Assembly: GCF_902713615.1 (NCBI RefSeq)
Contig: NC_052165.1
Span: 6,606,784 to 6,670,783, forward strand
DNA: 64,000 nt
Direction: 5' to 3'
Source of the DNA: Scyliorhinus canicula
Taxonomy: Eukaryota
The notes under the pieces were generated by a model, which saw only the letters and a list, made by a program, of their open reading frames with translations, was not told the DNA's origin and made no database searches. Positions 63,515 through 64,000 of the stretch are shown piece after piece. Position 1 is the first letter of the stretch, and each line of letters begins with the position of its first letter. The position numbers and the translations under genes are program-made.

Positions 63515-63800
63515 ACAAGAGTACTGAAGGCTTGTGCTCCAGGACTTGCCGCGCCCCTAGCCAAGCTGTTCCAGTCCATCTATAACACTGGCATCTACCC
63601 GGTAATTTGGAATAAAATTGCTCAGGTATGTCCTCTCCACAAAAAAACAGGACAAATCCAATCTGGCCAATAACTGCTCCATTAACCTACTCTCAATAAA
63701 CAATAAAATGATGGACAGAGTCATTAACAGTGCTACAAAGTGGAGATTGCACACTGCTGCTCAATTTGGGTACCAACAGGGCTACTTGGCATCTCACCTC
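63515..63800 (+). mobile_element. CR1/L2-group LINE RT fragment
   Basis: VLKACAPGLAAPLAKLFQ, homologous to 59430-59700. Confidence 0.8.
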
Positions 63801-63824
63801 ATTCCAGTCGTGGGCTCAGAGACT

Positions 63825-64000
63825 AGAATAGAATCCCAAAATGCAGGCAGAGTCCACGGACTGGCCCTCCAAAAGAGCAGCCTAACCTGAGACCACTCCC
63901 CCACCCTATCCCCAAAACCCCACCTAACCTTTGGACACCAAGGGTCGATTTTAGCATAGCTAATCCACCGAAACTGGACCTCTTTATATTGTGGGAGGAA
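63825..64000 (-). mobile_element. HE1-type SINE, cut by the window end
   Basis: Tail and 3' part of the V-core. Confidence 0.7.

Overview
Repeat-dense vertebrate DNA, almost certainly from a cartilaginous fish, judged by abundant HE1-type V-SINEs with CR1/HER1 tails. I recognise no host protein-coding gene; nearly all long ORFs in the track are decayed transposon genes, tandem-repeat read-through or N-gap artefacts. Contents: about 20 tRNA-derived SINEs with interchangeable 3' tails; a near full-length CR1 LINE (24.5-28.8 kb) and many CR1, CR1/L2-group, Penelope and Rex/Babar fragments; a full-length Gmr1-type Gypsy element (42007-48811); a rearranged three-LTR Gypsy element (12323-15548); several solo LTRs with TSDs; PIF/Harbinger MITEs and transposase pseudogenes; four large tandem arrays; two assembly gaps. 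The most interesting signal is in the TGTGGT...CATCA Gypsy lineage. Where a tRNA primer-binding site should be, the element has a 16-nt inverted copy of its own poly(A)-signal region. Four diverged LTRs of the lineage also keep a stem-loop spanning the predicted TSS, just upstream of the poly(A) signal. Together these suggest self-priming and/or a 5'-versus-3' poly(A) RNA switch. All family assignments come from reading motifs by eye, and many boundaries are approximate.
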